A DNA stretch of 64,000 nt from Hyphochytrium catenoides. Lineage: Eukaryota > Protista > Hyphochytriomycota. The translations under genes were made by a program, and so were the position numbers. The notes under the pieces were generated by a model, which saw only the letters and a list, made by a program, of their open reading frames with translations, made no database searches and was not told the DNA's origin. Positions 1 through 12,410 of the stretch are shown here, one piece after another (position 1 is the first letter of the stretch; each line of letters opens with the position of its first letter). Location of the stretch: assembly GCA_900088475.1 (NCBI GenBank), contig FLMG01003894.1, forward strand, positions 10,270 through 74,269, read 5' to 3'.

Positions 1-454
1 TGAGTGCCCAAAGGTTCTTTGACGAGAAACCACCGCAATTCACAGGTCAAGACACAGAAGTGCTTGTGCCGTCCGAAGGGAGCTGAGAAGCAGCTTCTGG
101 TTCGTGGTGTCGCGAGCCTAGAAATGACAACGCTTTATTTTACAAGGGAAGAAGAATCCAAGTTCTGCAGCAGCCAGCAACTAGGTTCTCGAACTACGTA
201 CAAAACTCTCTCCTAAGTCACCGGAACTGCACCAGGCAATACAGCAGGGCCAGGATGGATGCTTCAGAGCGCGAGGATCTCCTGGCCGCTCGGCAGGGCG
301 CCTGGGCAATTTACGAAGTTGGGATCGGTCTCCAGCGCCGCTGTGACACCAGTTCAGTGCAGCGCTTCGCGGAAGCCATCAACAACATCCGCTCTAGCCC
401 TTCGGTCTTTAGCTCGGCAAAATGCAGACGCTTGCTTGAGGATGGGCGCTTTGG

Positions 455-958
455 CTAGGTGTTGACTGAAAATTTGTGTCCGCACTTCTTGCATTCATAG
501 AAAACAGTCTGTCCCTCGTCTGCCGACCGCAACTGCATAGTATAGAACTCCATCTCAGGGTTGTTGCAGGTGGGACAGGCTTCCTCCACCTGCAAATGGC
601 AGAAAAGAGCTTAAGATCGGGGCCACCCAGAATTCTTAAAGATCTAAGTCTAACTACCGTCGCTCTGGCGGGCCCAGTCGCCTTTTCTGTGACGCCTAGA
701 GATCGCAGCCATTGAGGTGGCTGCTCTTCCTTGCTGAATGTGACACTAGTCAAGTTATTAAGGTCTACGGGAAGGCGTAAGTTAGCAACATGTCAATAGA
801 TGAAGCTTTGTCTGCCTAGAAAGCGTACCGCGGTAGCCGCACTTGTACCCACAAGTGCCACACACGATGTTGCCGCTCTCCGGCAAGTACAGGATTGATC
901 CGCAGTAAGGACAGAACGGAGGTCCATCCTCTCGGCGGCCCCTTGTGACAGTATTCAT
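455..958 (-). CDS. RPA12: RNA polymerase I subunit RPA12 (ZNRD1/POLR1H), 3 exons; not visible as one ORF in the track
   Basis: Manual splicing (GT-AG introns 828-765 and 657-590) gives MNTVTRGRREDGPPFCPYCGSILYLPESGNIVCGTCGYKCGYRD...VEEACPTCNNPEMEFYTMQLRSADEGQTVFYECKKCGHKFSVNT*: two zinc ribbons and the TFIIS-like QLRSADEGQTVFY motif typical of A12. Confidence 0.93.
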
Positions 959-1792
959 CGCACTCCAGTTAGAGTAGGACCAATCGGCAACAATAGAGCC
1001 AACAAACTAGCGCCTGCAATGGAAGTCGCTCTGCCAATGCCAGTGGCTCAAGCTCTTGCCCAGGGATGTTGACCCTTCCGTCTCCTTCTGGCTCGGTGAA
1101 GCTCCACGGGCCTGGCCGATGATGGTGCCGCATCAGAACACACGGCTTCTAATGATGGACAAATGATTGTTCAGCGAACGGCATCCAGTCCTCCACCTCC
1201 CTCTTCCTCTTCTTTAGGCGCTTCTGATTGACAGAGAGGGGAGCTGTGTTCAAGTCCCAGGGGAGCTCTGTGATGGTAGTATTAGCCTAAGGGGGAGGTC
1301 TGGGTGAAACCCGAGGGGAGTTCTGGAACGACCCTTACCTTGTCTGTGCTGCGCCAGGAGGAGCTCTGGGTAGGATTCCAGTTGCTACATTGCCTCGTCT
1401 TGAGAGAGATCCAGTTCTCGATAAAAAGGCATCGTTATTGAAGACTGCTGATCTGCTGATGCAGCGTCATGAGGAGAAGTGCAGGTGCAGAGGCTAGAGC
1501 CGCTGCTAGCGCCGACTAGAAGATTTGAGAGGACCAACCCTGATGGACCCGAAGGCGAAGGGGACCTCTCTCCGAGTCTAGCGGTGACGGGCGGGCTGCG
1601 TGGTGAGCCTACGTTGTAATTTCTGTCGGTGGACTTGTATAGGGATCCACGTCTAATGATCCCCAGTAGTAGGCAGTAAGCTCAGTCAAAGCCAGCTCCG
1701 TTTGCTCCCTAGCTACGACGTTGTCCTCCATCAAACAAAGGAACACCAAACGAGAGAACTGCACTGTCGTGCGGACTGTAGTTGTCGCCAAG

Positions 1793-4700
1793 ATGGAGCT
1801 TCCGCTGCCGTTGGCACCCATGACGATGCGGACCCTAGGCGACCGGTCCTATGAAAAGAGAAAGGTGGCAGCGCTAGAAATTGAAGGGCTAGTCAAAGAG
1901 CTTCAGGAAAGGGGCAAGGAAGAGCAGATACGGGCGATCATAAAGCTACTAGCTAAGGACTTCTGGTAAGCCTTGAAGTCCTTGCACTCCCTCTTGGGCA
2001 AGAGGCTTGCACGTCCGTCTAACCGAAACATCGCGAGCAGCTGTTCCACAAATGCAAACCATAGGAAGGGCGGACTCATTGGGCTGGCGGCCACTGCTAT
2101 CGGCTTGACTCATCAGACCAACATCTACCTCGTAGAGCTTCTGCCGCCTGTGCTTCACTGCTTTGACGATCCTGAGGGAAGGGTCCGATATTACGCATGT
2201 GAATCGCTCTATAACATTGCGAAGGTGGCTCGTGGAGGCATCTTGCCACACTTCAATGAAATATTCGACGGGCTCTGCAAGGTAATGTACTTGGCCTTAA
2301 TAGGCTTTCGGCTGGGACTAGCTAACCCCTGCGATAAAGCTCTTTGCGGACGTAGATCTGGATGTGAAGAACGGCGCCAGTCTTCTTGATCGGCTAGTCA
2401 AAGATATAGTGACAGAGAGTGAGACCTTTAATGTTGATCAGTTCATCCCTTTGCTTCAGAAGTACATCCGTATGACCAACCCTTACATTCGACAGTTGCT
2501 GGTACGCGACCCCGTGGATGTCGACGTTCGCCTACATCTTCCCTCTTCATTGTGGCCCCTTCTGTTGTCTCCTGTACTGTTCGCATGTTTGCCTGTACTC
2601 CTTTTCTTACCCTTCTGCCAACCCAATATCTCTAGCCTCCTCTCAGATTGTACTTGCAATGGCAATTTCAGTGCTCTAATCTCTTCTCCAGGTCGGCTGG
2701 ATCACTGTTCTAGACTCTGTTCCAGACATTGATATGCTTGACTGGCTGCCAGGTGAGGCATCTCTTTCTCGTCTTCTGGTACCAGTACATGGTGCGTTCA
2801 AGCTGCTGATCCCTTCTCTGTCATCGTCGTTGTAGACTTCTTGGATGGACTGTTCAATATGTTGAGCGACGGGAACCGAGAGATTCGGCAGGTGAGATGA
2901 CTGAGGTAACTCCCTTGATGTCAAAAGTGCCCTTCCCACCGGAATGGGAGTAGACCGCAGGCCAGAGCCCTCATCAGTCGCCCTTGGCTTTGTCTTCTCA
3001 CTCATGGTAACCTTCAGGCGGCAGATAGTGCCCTTGCGGAATTTCTTCGGGAGATCAAGCAGGCAGAGTACGTGGAAATCGCCCAGATGGTTCCAATACT
3101 AGTCGGTCAGGTAAGGCAAATCTGAGAAAGAAGATCAGGCCGCAAACTACCCTCAACAGCCACGACAAAGAATGTATGGACAGGGTCACCGTTAGACGGA
3201 GCGATAGAGAAGGGAGACCTTAAGAGACCTCCTACGTGTCAGATAATGCCTAACTGTATCCCACAGTGTCGATCTACAGAGAGGTTTAACCGCCTGACGG
3301 CCATGACCTGGGTTCTGGAGCTAGTGAACCTCGGTCGGGAGAGGATGATTCCCTTCTGTCCTGACCTACTAAGTACGTTCAGGCATACGAAAGAGAGCCT
3401 AGCATGGGACAGAGAGCCCTTGGAGAAGGTAGAAAGGAAGACTTGGGAAGGCGAACTGGGAGACATGTTCAATGCGAAAAAGAAATACACTTGAGAGGCA
3501 AGAGAGATGGAAGATGGCAAAGTCAAAATAAGTGTCGGACAGTGGATATTGACGGCATATGCTTACTCATTCTTCCAGGCGCCATCATGTACTGCATCTC
3601 AGACGAGGAGCATGAGATTCGGCAGGTAGCAGAAAGAGTTAATGAAGATCTCCTTAGCCTAGTCATGCAGACAACGTACGTCACGGACAGACTTGCCTCT
3701 TGTCATTTGCTTAGCCTGGAACCTTCTTTCTCTCCTTCCTCGTGCTTATCGTCTTGCTTGTGCAGGCAGGAGGTAGCTCTTGGGGCTCTATTGGACACTC
3801 TTCGCGCAGAGCTCTTCAGCGACCATGTCCCTACAAGGATGGCTACCCTCAAGTGGGTGGCAGTACTCCTTGATCGGTCTCATGGAAAGTTTGATGCCAG
3901 GATTGGTGAGGACACTTGGTGTAGCTACTATCCTCTACCTTGCTAATTGCTTACTGGCTACATAGGATCAGTTATGTCTACCATCGCTAAATCGCTTTAT
4001 CATATGAGCTCACATTCATTGTCCTCCCTATTCTCGACGACCCTTGATCGCCAGGTTCGCTGCTACCGTCCCTCCTCAAGACCCTATCGGACGTCTCTGA
4101 TGCCGTTGTGCTGTTGGATATATCCTGCTCTCCCACAGCAACTCTGTCTTCTAACTAGTCCCTCTCCTGTTGCTTGCTGGGGAAGTCATGTTGGACTCTA
4201 TGTTCCTTCATTGTCTGCAGCGATAGGTCAAAGATGTCCTCACTGTCTGTCCTGTCCGCTTTCCTCTTCCTACTCGGCATTATTGACTCCGCTTCCTCCA
4301 GTTTTACGTAACTCCCGCTATGTGCCTTCTGTGCGCCTTGACTTTCCTTACCTCGAAGTATTGGCGCGGGTGGCGGTCGATGAGTCTGATTTACATAATG
4401 TCTTGCAAAGCGTGGTAGACCTCTTTGCCGCTGATAGAAGGTCGTACGCTGTTTCTGCCCATCGTCCCTCGTGTCTTTCTTATCTCACCATGACTTGTGC
4501 ATGAACTTTTATCTTTGTATACATTTTTGGGGTTTCTTCCTATGTCTTGAGTCTTTCTCTATCTTCTAGTGTGTTGTTACTCTTCGATAATCGCTCATCT
4601 TGCTTGCTCCGCTGGGCTCACATGGATTGTCCATTGCCCCCAAATGCTTACCGTCAACTCTTTAGGTTGCTAGAGTCTCGCGGTAGTCTTATTATCAGAA

Positions 4701-6404
4701 AGCTCTGTGTCCTTTTGGACGCGAGGAACATCTACACTCACTTGGCGCGCATCATCAAGGCGGAGGAAGATACAGAGTTTGCGAGCCTCATGGTGCAGAC
4801 CCTCAATATTATTTTGCTGACAGCTCCAGAGCTTGTACGTGTACATCAATCGTCCTCTGTCTTAGCTTAGTCTGAGAAGTTCTAGTGTCATCTAGCTCAG
4901 GACCTAAGACGCTTCTGACCATCTGTTAACCACTCTGGCACACCTCATAGCTTTCCTTGGCCCACATTCCTTACCTCCCAATGGGCGAGCAACACGACTA
5001 ATGAATCTCTACAGAGGGAGTTGCGTCTCATCCTGCGAAGGAGTTTCTCAGAGACAGGTAACGAGAGTGATAGAGAAGTCTTCAAGGTGAGATAGGCAAT
5101 CCCAAAGATACGCTAGACGGGCATAAACCTCCATCCCAGGCCACATGCTATTCTTTTTTGTCCCTCTCCCAGTGTTCAGAGGGGTGCCTCTTGGTGATCA
5201 CCACTTTCTTCGTTCTGTGGCTTCGTCCTGCAATTCTCAGCGCACTCCTAGGCTCCATGTCGTATCCTTAAGTTCTCTGTTGTTGGTTGGTTTGGCGCTG
5301 TTCCATTCCTCTCCTTGTCCTTCGGAGTCCATTGCAAATGTACTTACCTTCACTTCTACCTTCACCCATCATACTCATCAGGTGCTATTCGAGTCGTGGT
5401 GCCACAACTCCGTTTCCACCTATAGTCTCTGCCTCTTGGCCGAAGCTTACGAGCTCTCAAGTTATCTTATCTCACAATTGTAAGCCCACTTCTGTACAGC
5501 TTTCTATGAAACGCTTCTGTTCAAAGCTTTCAATCACTTGGCTTCCAGCCCAGCAATTAGCTATCTCTTGCATTCTAGCAGAGTCTCACCTAGCTTACTT
5601 TGATAGCGCCGCTGTGGAGGTCTCGGTGGGCTTCTTGATGCAGATTGACAAGCTAGTGCAGCTCCTAGAGTCGCCCGTCTTCATCGGTAAGTTCCCAGCT
5701 CCTAAGAGGTCTATGAACACCTCCTTCCTCGAGCATTGTCTCGATCGTCCGCCTTTTGCACTTTGGGCGGGTGCACATACTTCCAGTCTGGGTGTTCCTA
5801 CGTGACTGGTATAGCCCATTTCTAAGTGGCGCCCTTCTTGCTCCTAGGATTACGTCTGCAGCTTTTAGAGACGGATGCACCTTACTACCCTGCACTTGTC
5901 AAGAGCTTGTACGGCCTTTTGATGCTCTTGCCGCAGGTATAGAACCATACCGTCGCTCCTCTGTACACTCCCCTTAATAACACATCCATTCGTGTCTCCA
6001 TTTGAATATCTTTGCCAAATGATCCATCCTCAGAGCTCAGCCTTTCGGATCTTGAGAGACCGTCTTTCGTCCGTAACTTCTATGGCTACAATCATGGATG
6101 TGAGCTTTCAGCACAGGTTGGTCACACTCTCTGGTCCTTAGCCTTCTGTTTCCTCCGCGCCACCAGGGCCCGGCCTGCTGCTGCCCACGTAGCACTCCAT
6201 CTTACTGAGAATGCTAGGCCCTTTAGGCCGAGTTTATAACCTTCACGTGGTGCATGTAGGAAGGAGAGCCAGTCATCACAAGACAAGACGGAGCTTCAGG
6301 GACTTCTCAGCCACTTCCGAAGCATCCAGCAGCTTCATTCCGACATTCAGCAAGCAGCGGTTAACAAGAAGCGACTCACGAGCGTGAGATCGAAGGAGGA
6401 ATAG
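1793..6404 (+). CDS. VAC14: VAC14, scaffold of the Fab1/PIKfyve complex; about 16 exons, one intron is AT-AC
   Basis: Exons encode [118 protein letters not shown] and [13 protein letters not shown] at 1793, TAG at 6402-6404. Confidence 0.95.
4120..4351 (+). other. U12-type (minor spliceosome) AT-AC intron in VAC14
   Basis: 5' end ATATCCTG, branch-like CCTTGAC at 4336-4342, terminal AC at 4350-4351. Removing it joins ...VVLLD to LEVLARV... in frame. Confidence 0.9.
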
Positions 6405-6787
6405 GCAGTCTCGAGAGAGGCTTCCAAGAAGACAGTAGAGAAGCGAGAAGAACCAAGGAATCAGCTTGGGAGCGAGCGGGGGCCAGACAGAGAGACAGGG
6501 AGACTTTGCATAACCTTGGACGAGGGAGGGATGAAGACGGTCTTTAAACAACAAGAAAGGCACAAAGTTATGTCCGCTAACAAGGGACATCCAGCTTTCT
6601 AACATATTATCTATATGTATAAATATCTACGACGCTGACAACAAACGACATGCATGAGTTTACATAGATGGGGAAATAATGCTGATAATAGGGTAGCAGC
6701 CAACACCAGATGAGCCCTATGAACGTCAGGAGAGAGAGAATGGTGTGATCGCTCGGTTGTTACCTCGAAAGCAGCCTTGCAACCCCA

Positions 6788-6893
6788 AGGAGAGCGTGAG
6801 GGAACAGTGCCTGGCCCCTGCGGCACAAAGCGAGAACGCGAGGAGAGCGTGAGGGAACAGTGCCTGGCCCCTGCGGCACAAAGCGAGAACGCG
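6788..6893. repeat. Perfect 53-bp tandem duplication (2 copies)
   Basis: aggagagcgtgagggaacagtgcctggcccctgcggcacaaagcgagaacgcg at 6788-6840 and 6841-6893, between the convergent 3' ends of VAC14 and the CKK gene. Confidence 0.95.
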
Positions 6894-6982
6894 AAGAAGA
6901 GCTATACGTCTGCGGGGGACAATCCTCTGCTCCCGCCCCTCCTGGACCTAGCTATCAGCAGAAAAAAGAAACACTAGGAGAT

Positions 6983-9900
6983 CTATTTCTTTTTCTTCTT
7001 GAGCATCGCTTGGTTGAGCGCCACAGCGTCCGTCTTGACGGTGAAAGACTTTGTTGGCACAGGAGAGAACTGTTTCCTTCCAGAATTGTATCGATAGAGC
7101 TGTCCTATCATCTCATCACGGAGATAAAGAGGACCAACGCCATAGATTTTCTTGAGCTCCTGCTTGGTAGACGAGAAGGAATAGAGTGCGCGAAAGTGAA
7201 GAGACTTTTCGCTGCGGAAAAGAACGACAAAGTTGTCTGATGGATCTTTGTCCAGGGCTTCTAGAACCTGAGACAACGGGAGGAGAAAGGAGATATGAGT
7301 GGATATTGGATATGAAGCCTTTAGGAGTTCCTGGAAAAGAGGCGGAAGAGAGGACAGACGAGGCGGACCCAGAGGACGCGTCGGGAAGTAAACGGCAAGA
7401 TTGCCTTAGCCATGAGATACTAGAGCTAACTTTCTAATCTGCTTTAAGAGGAGCCAGAGGGAAGAGGAGGAAGGGTTGCCCTGGGCTTTGATGCGCAGGA
7501 AGAGAGAAGGACGCAGTGGCAGGGAGCAAACAACGTTGAGGAGAGCAAGTCTCACCTGAGAGGTAAAGAGAAAATAATAGGATTGAAAGAAGCAGAAGGG
7601 TCCCTCTGAGATGGTCTCAATAGAGAGAAGAGAGGGAAGTGCAGGGTAATAAGAATGAAGACGGGAGGAGACGTCATACTCACCTCTTGATTCTCTTTCG
7701 CCATATGGTGCCCAGCCAGGAGGTTAAACTCTAGAGCCTTCCGGATTATCCGCCGGTTGGAGGGCCGCTGGTTGCTGAGGTCAATGAGAGGCATCTCGTG
7801 GTCTTCTCTAGCCTCAGACTCCAAATCTTGCTCTTCTTCATCTCTGTCCGTCTCTCTCCCTGACATGGATGAGAGGAGAGAGGACCGTCTTGAGGCGGAA
7901 GAACGGTCTGTTGACTGATTGTCCTGCTGTGTCTCCTCTAAGAGAGTCCTTGTTTTCTGCTTGGCCAAAGTTCCCCTCTCCTTTTCTCTCTCCTTTTCTT
8001 CCCGTAGTTTCTTCTGCCTCAGAACTTCGAGCTTCTCCGCTTTTCTCCTCTGAACCTCGTCATTGTTCGGGGTCATAAATATGTCAATACGGGAGGAAGG
8101 CTCTTTCATCTCTCTTTGCGTGAGCCCAGTCTCTGGCGCTGCAGCAGCGGGGAGAGAGAGAACCTGGGCGGGTCTGTTTAGTGGCGCCTGCTCTTGATGG
8201 GTCAGAGGGGAACCTGAAGCTGGAGGCTCCGACGCTTTTAGAGGTTTGACAAGGGTAGTTGGAAGGTGAAGAGGAGGAGGCGGCTTAGACTTTGGTGCTT
8301 CCTTAAAGGTCTCAGACGCCGTCTCATACATCCTTCCGTCTCTTTGATCTTCGTCTTCTTCTCTACGTACTGCCGTGTTAGTTGGAAAGCTCTGCAGCTT
8401 TTGCCCAGACAGTGTAGCTCCATTTAGTGAGGTTTTCTCGTCACAAGCGCCTGAGCCCTCATCCTTTGTTTCATCCTTGGATCGCTCTTCCTCCTCTACG
8501 TTTCGACTGACTTTAGTCAGTATGCGCTGAAGGAGGCGCAACCTCCGCTGATGGTTCTCTCTCATTCTTTCTTCTCTTTCCTCCATCATCTGTCTACGTC
8601 GCCGCATCTCGTTGTTTAGCAGGGCGAAGCCTATAGCAACCCTTTGAGGCTGTTTGCTCTGCTTCTCTGGTACAGCTGAAGGAAAAGACGGCAATAGAAC
8701 TGATCCGATGGTTTGAGAGGATTGTAGCAGCTGTGTCTTGGCAACGGTACCATCGCCATCATCGAGCCAGGACGAGTGGACGTCCGGCTTGTGCTCCTGC
8801 TCTTCTGCTCTCGGCTTCACCTCTTCATTGGGATAAGTTGGCTTGATGGACACTGTTAGATGAGCCGCCTGTCCGCCAGGTTCTAAAGGTTTCTCGGCTT
8901 CTGGAGCTCCAAGATCCTGCCTTGCTAAAGTTTCCAACATTCCCTCCGTAGCGTCCAGCTCTGAGACTTGTCGAGGCTCAATGGGAGGCTCCAGTGGCAC
9001 CATAGCTGCTGAGTTATAGAGAATTCCCTTCGGGTCTCTTCTGCTAGCTGAGGCTGGTCTTTTCTTCGGTGTTAGAGCAAGGCTGTGATCGTGCAGGCGT
9101 TTGGCAGTCTCCTGGAAGCTGCTATGGACCTCCTGGTGCAGTTGTCTCAGCTTATCTTCCACTGAGAGTTGCAATACCTTCTCAGGCTCTTCTGCCACTG
9201 CCACAAACTGTGACGACGGCTCAGGGTGCTGCCTGACCTCCCTTGGTGGGTCTACTTTTGCCGTTGAAGCCTTGGCTGGACTCGGACTCTCGTTTACTTT
9301 GATCTTGTTCCTCGGTAAGGTCTCTTCGTGGCTAGATGGCAGTTCATCGCTTAAGAGTGAACCCGCCTCTGAGCCTTTCTCTCTTTGTTCCATCTCAGTC
9401 GTCCCTATCATGGACTGGCGATGGATGGAAAGAATCGAAGGCTCTGTCTGAGATCTCTGGAAACCTAAAGCAGTCGGAATGCTGCCGAACGTTGACCATC
9501 TCTTTCTTCTCCGACCAGTGCTAAGGGGAGCTGGGATCAGTGTTTCTTGCTGAGTACCGGCAGCGAGGGCTCTACCCGCAGTCTTGGCACCTTCCACAAC
9601 GTCCGCAGTCGTAAGCTGTGCAAGATTCAGCAAAGGCACAGGCCGACCGAAGGGCTGGAGGGCAGGAGAAGGATTGGCAGGCAACAGGACTGTTCCTCTC
9701 TCTTGATGTGCACCCACAGCCCCTGTCAAGGTGAAGGATTGGTTACTCTGGTCTGAAGACACTGTGCCCTTGAGGATGGACTCGATCTGAGGGCTGAGCT
9801 TCGAATATGACCGCCTGAAGTTCTGGAGTAGCATTTGACCCTTGGACAGTCGGAGAGGTTCCTCCCGGACAGTGGAGGATACAGTGTGCCCTGGCTCAAG

Positions 9901-11269
9901 ATCGGGCTCTATTGTTTGAGTTAGCTTTGGCTCGGTATTGTCCTCTGCGTAGCTCTTACTAGGTCTCGTCTCTGGTCTCTGTTCATCCCTGGTAGGAGCC
10001 GCAGCTTCAAGCGGCTCACTAGGCGGTGCTATCGCAAGTGAGGTGACATCGGTCGCTTTAGGAGTTTCTGGAAGTATGGAGGGATTGACCCGTGCCGAAC
10101 TAACATGAGGCACTGTGGCCGGGTTTTCTACTTCAGGACTGGCGGAAGGTTCTCGCGCCTCTTTAAGGTCTATTCTTGGCGTCAGAAGCGTCTTTTCTGC
10201 GGTACCTGAGGCAGATGATCCACTACTGCCAACAAGCCGACCTAGATCATCCTTTAGCGGTGAGTCCCGTCTAGTAACCGTCCAGATTGTATATTCGGAG
10301 TTCTGAGGTACATTGTCAGCAATGTACGCTGCGACTTCCCCTACTCCCGAACACAGGCAGAAGAGTGGGCCTGAGGCCTTCGTATGTCGCCTCTCTGAAG
10401 GGTCAAAGATCACCAAGCTCTCGAAGGCCTGCTTAGGAAACCAGATCGCGAAGTGCTGAACGCCGTCTGAGAAGATAGCCACCGCTTCGTTGTCGGCAAG
10501 CCGCCGTTTGAGACCTGATAAAGAGTTGTCTAGATCGCTTACATCTTGAAGAACACTTCCAAGGTCCCAAGATGGATTCAGGACGATGGCGCGCTTGCTA
10601 TAGTCTCCAACCTGCTGAAGAACATCCCGCACCGAGAAGTCATCTTCCGGAGAGCTGTCGTTGCGATGGAGAAGCTTGGTAGCATTTTTGCAGCCAGTTT
10701 CAATGATCTGAGGAACATGGGGAGATGCCCAGAAAGTGAATTGTAAGAGAAGGTCGGCAGCGTGAGAATCCCTTTGCCCTCATTAGAAGTTTATTCCCTC
10801 CCCACCTTCGTTTTATCTCTCCCTCTCTTTCTCTCTCTCCCTCTCTCTCTGTCTGTCTCTCTTACTCTTTCTGTATACTTCCGTCTCTCGTGCTCTGTAT
10901 TGCTTCTCGCTCTCCGTGATAAGATCTGGTTCCTCTTTGATTCTTCTCTGCTATCACCTGGCTGACACCCTCACGGACATGGATACCTTTGACCAACATC
11001 CCTAATCCATCTCTATGTCCTAAATCTGGCCCCGGGACCTGTCTTTTGTCCTGGTGTCCTTTCTCATACAACCATCACTTACTTTCTGAATGAAAGAAGG
11101 CGTCGCCTTGTGACTGAAGAGCTGCTTCCAGGTTACGCCGCCCGCCAAGAGGCGTATAGCGCAGTCTGTGACTACTGAGAGCGATGTCAAGCCGTACAGA
11201 GGCGCTTCTTTGGAGATGCCGGTGTAGCTTTGAATCCCAAGAGTCCCGTGGACTGTTTGGACTGTGCAT
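6983..11269 (-). CDS. CAMSAP/Patronin-like protein with C-terminal CKK microtubule-binding domain (about 4 exons, long disordered and coiled-coil middle)
   Basis: SNRRIIRKALEFNLLAG...NQE spliced to VLEALDKDPSDNFVVLFRSEKSLHFRALY...KKIYGVGP...YRYNSGRKQFSPVPTKSFTVKTDAV, which matches the CKK domain. Large exon in ORF 7552-10632. Probable ATG at 11269. Confidence 0.8.
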
Positions 11270-12150
11270 GGCGACGATGAAATAAACGCTTAGACATCCA
11301 AGACAGCTAGATTTGGCGGTCAGAACCTTACCCTGGCTAAGATCATGGTTTCTCATATCCCCCGCGGACTTTTCATCGGCTTAGCCGCACATATATATCG
11401 CCCTTCCAACGCCACCAACTCTCATTGGCAGAAAAGAGCGAGAAGTAGAGCCCACTTCGCCTGCTCTCTTACAGGCCACACACTGCTGCCTCCAGTGCTG
11501 GCGGTGGGCCTCAGTGCTCGGCGCCTCTTGGAATGAATGAGCCGGCCCTGCTCCAGCACTATTAAGCCTACCTAGGGTATATGAAGGGCATTTCTCAATG
11601 AGCAGTCTCTGTAAGGAGCTTCATCAAGCCTGAAGATTGTCGGCTGGAAGTGCACTTTCTGTGACACAAAACTCGTTGTAACCTTTCGAGAAGAGCCGTT
11701 ACTGGCTGAAAATATGACGGCTAACGGCTAGCAGACTACCTCGCCACTGGGACACTGCAGCTAACAGCGGTCCACACATTTGGAGTGCCAAACACAAGCA
11801 CCCGGGTCTTTCAAATAGTTCTTCTTCCAAAAAACCCTAGAGCCCTTACACTTACCCTCTCTACCCGGGTCATGAGAGGACTAGGAATACCCGGAACTAT
11901 TGTCTAGAAAAGTTATGTGTCTCCTGGGCTATGACGGAATCTACTCGAGACACCTAACCCGGGTCTTTGAAGTTGTGGAGGGGTGATGTCAGAGCTTCTG
12001 ATCGGTCAGATCCTTCCTCTTCCCTCCTCCTCTCTTGATTCCTCTCTTCGTCACCATCCTTTCTGATGAGTTGTGCCGTACTCCAAGGGGAGAACTGGAA
12101 TGATTCCGATGGTCAATGGCCACTGAGGTCCAGTGCGTGGAGTGATGGTG

Positions 12151-12410
12151 AGGGAGAGAGAGGGAGAGGGAGAGAGAGAGAGACAGACAGACAGTGAGAG
12201 TGAGACAAAGAGAGACAGAGAGAGAGAGAGAGAGACAGAGAGACAGAGACACCAATGGAGAGAGAGAGAGAGAGAGACAGAGACACCAATGGAGAGAGAG
12301 AGAGAGAGAGTGAGCAAGAGAGAGAGAGAGACATCAAGAGAGAGAGAGCAACAGAGAGGGAGAGACACCAAGAGAGAGAGACACGAAGAGAGAGAAAGAC
12401 TGAGAGAGGG
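12151..12410. repeat. Compound (GA)n/(GAGACA)n microsatellite upstream of CLU1
   Basis: Long imperfect GA tract with an internal duplicated unit gagacagagacaccaatggagagagag. Confidence 0.9.

Noticed and set aside
4-458. Plus-strand ORFs 4-216 and 255-458; the stop of the latter overlaps the RPA12 stop in CTAG
   Set aside because: No recognisable protein motif. One may be the last exon of a gene outside the window, but this cannot be supported.
12090-12140. HWTSVAID on the minus strand resembling a Ulp1/C48 protease His motif
   Set aside because: Too short, abuts a microsatellite, and no catalytic Cys motif was found.
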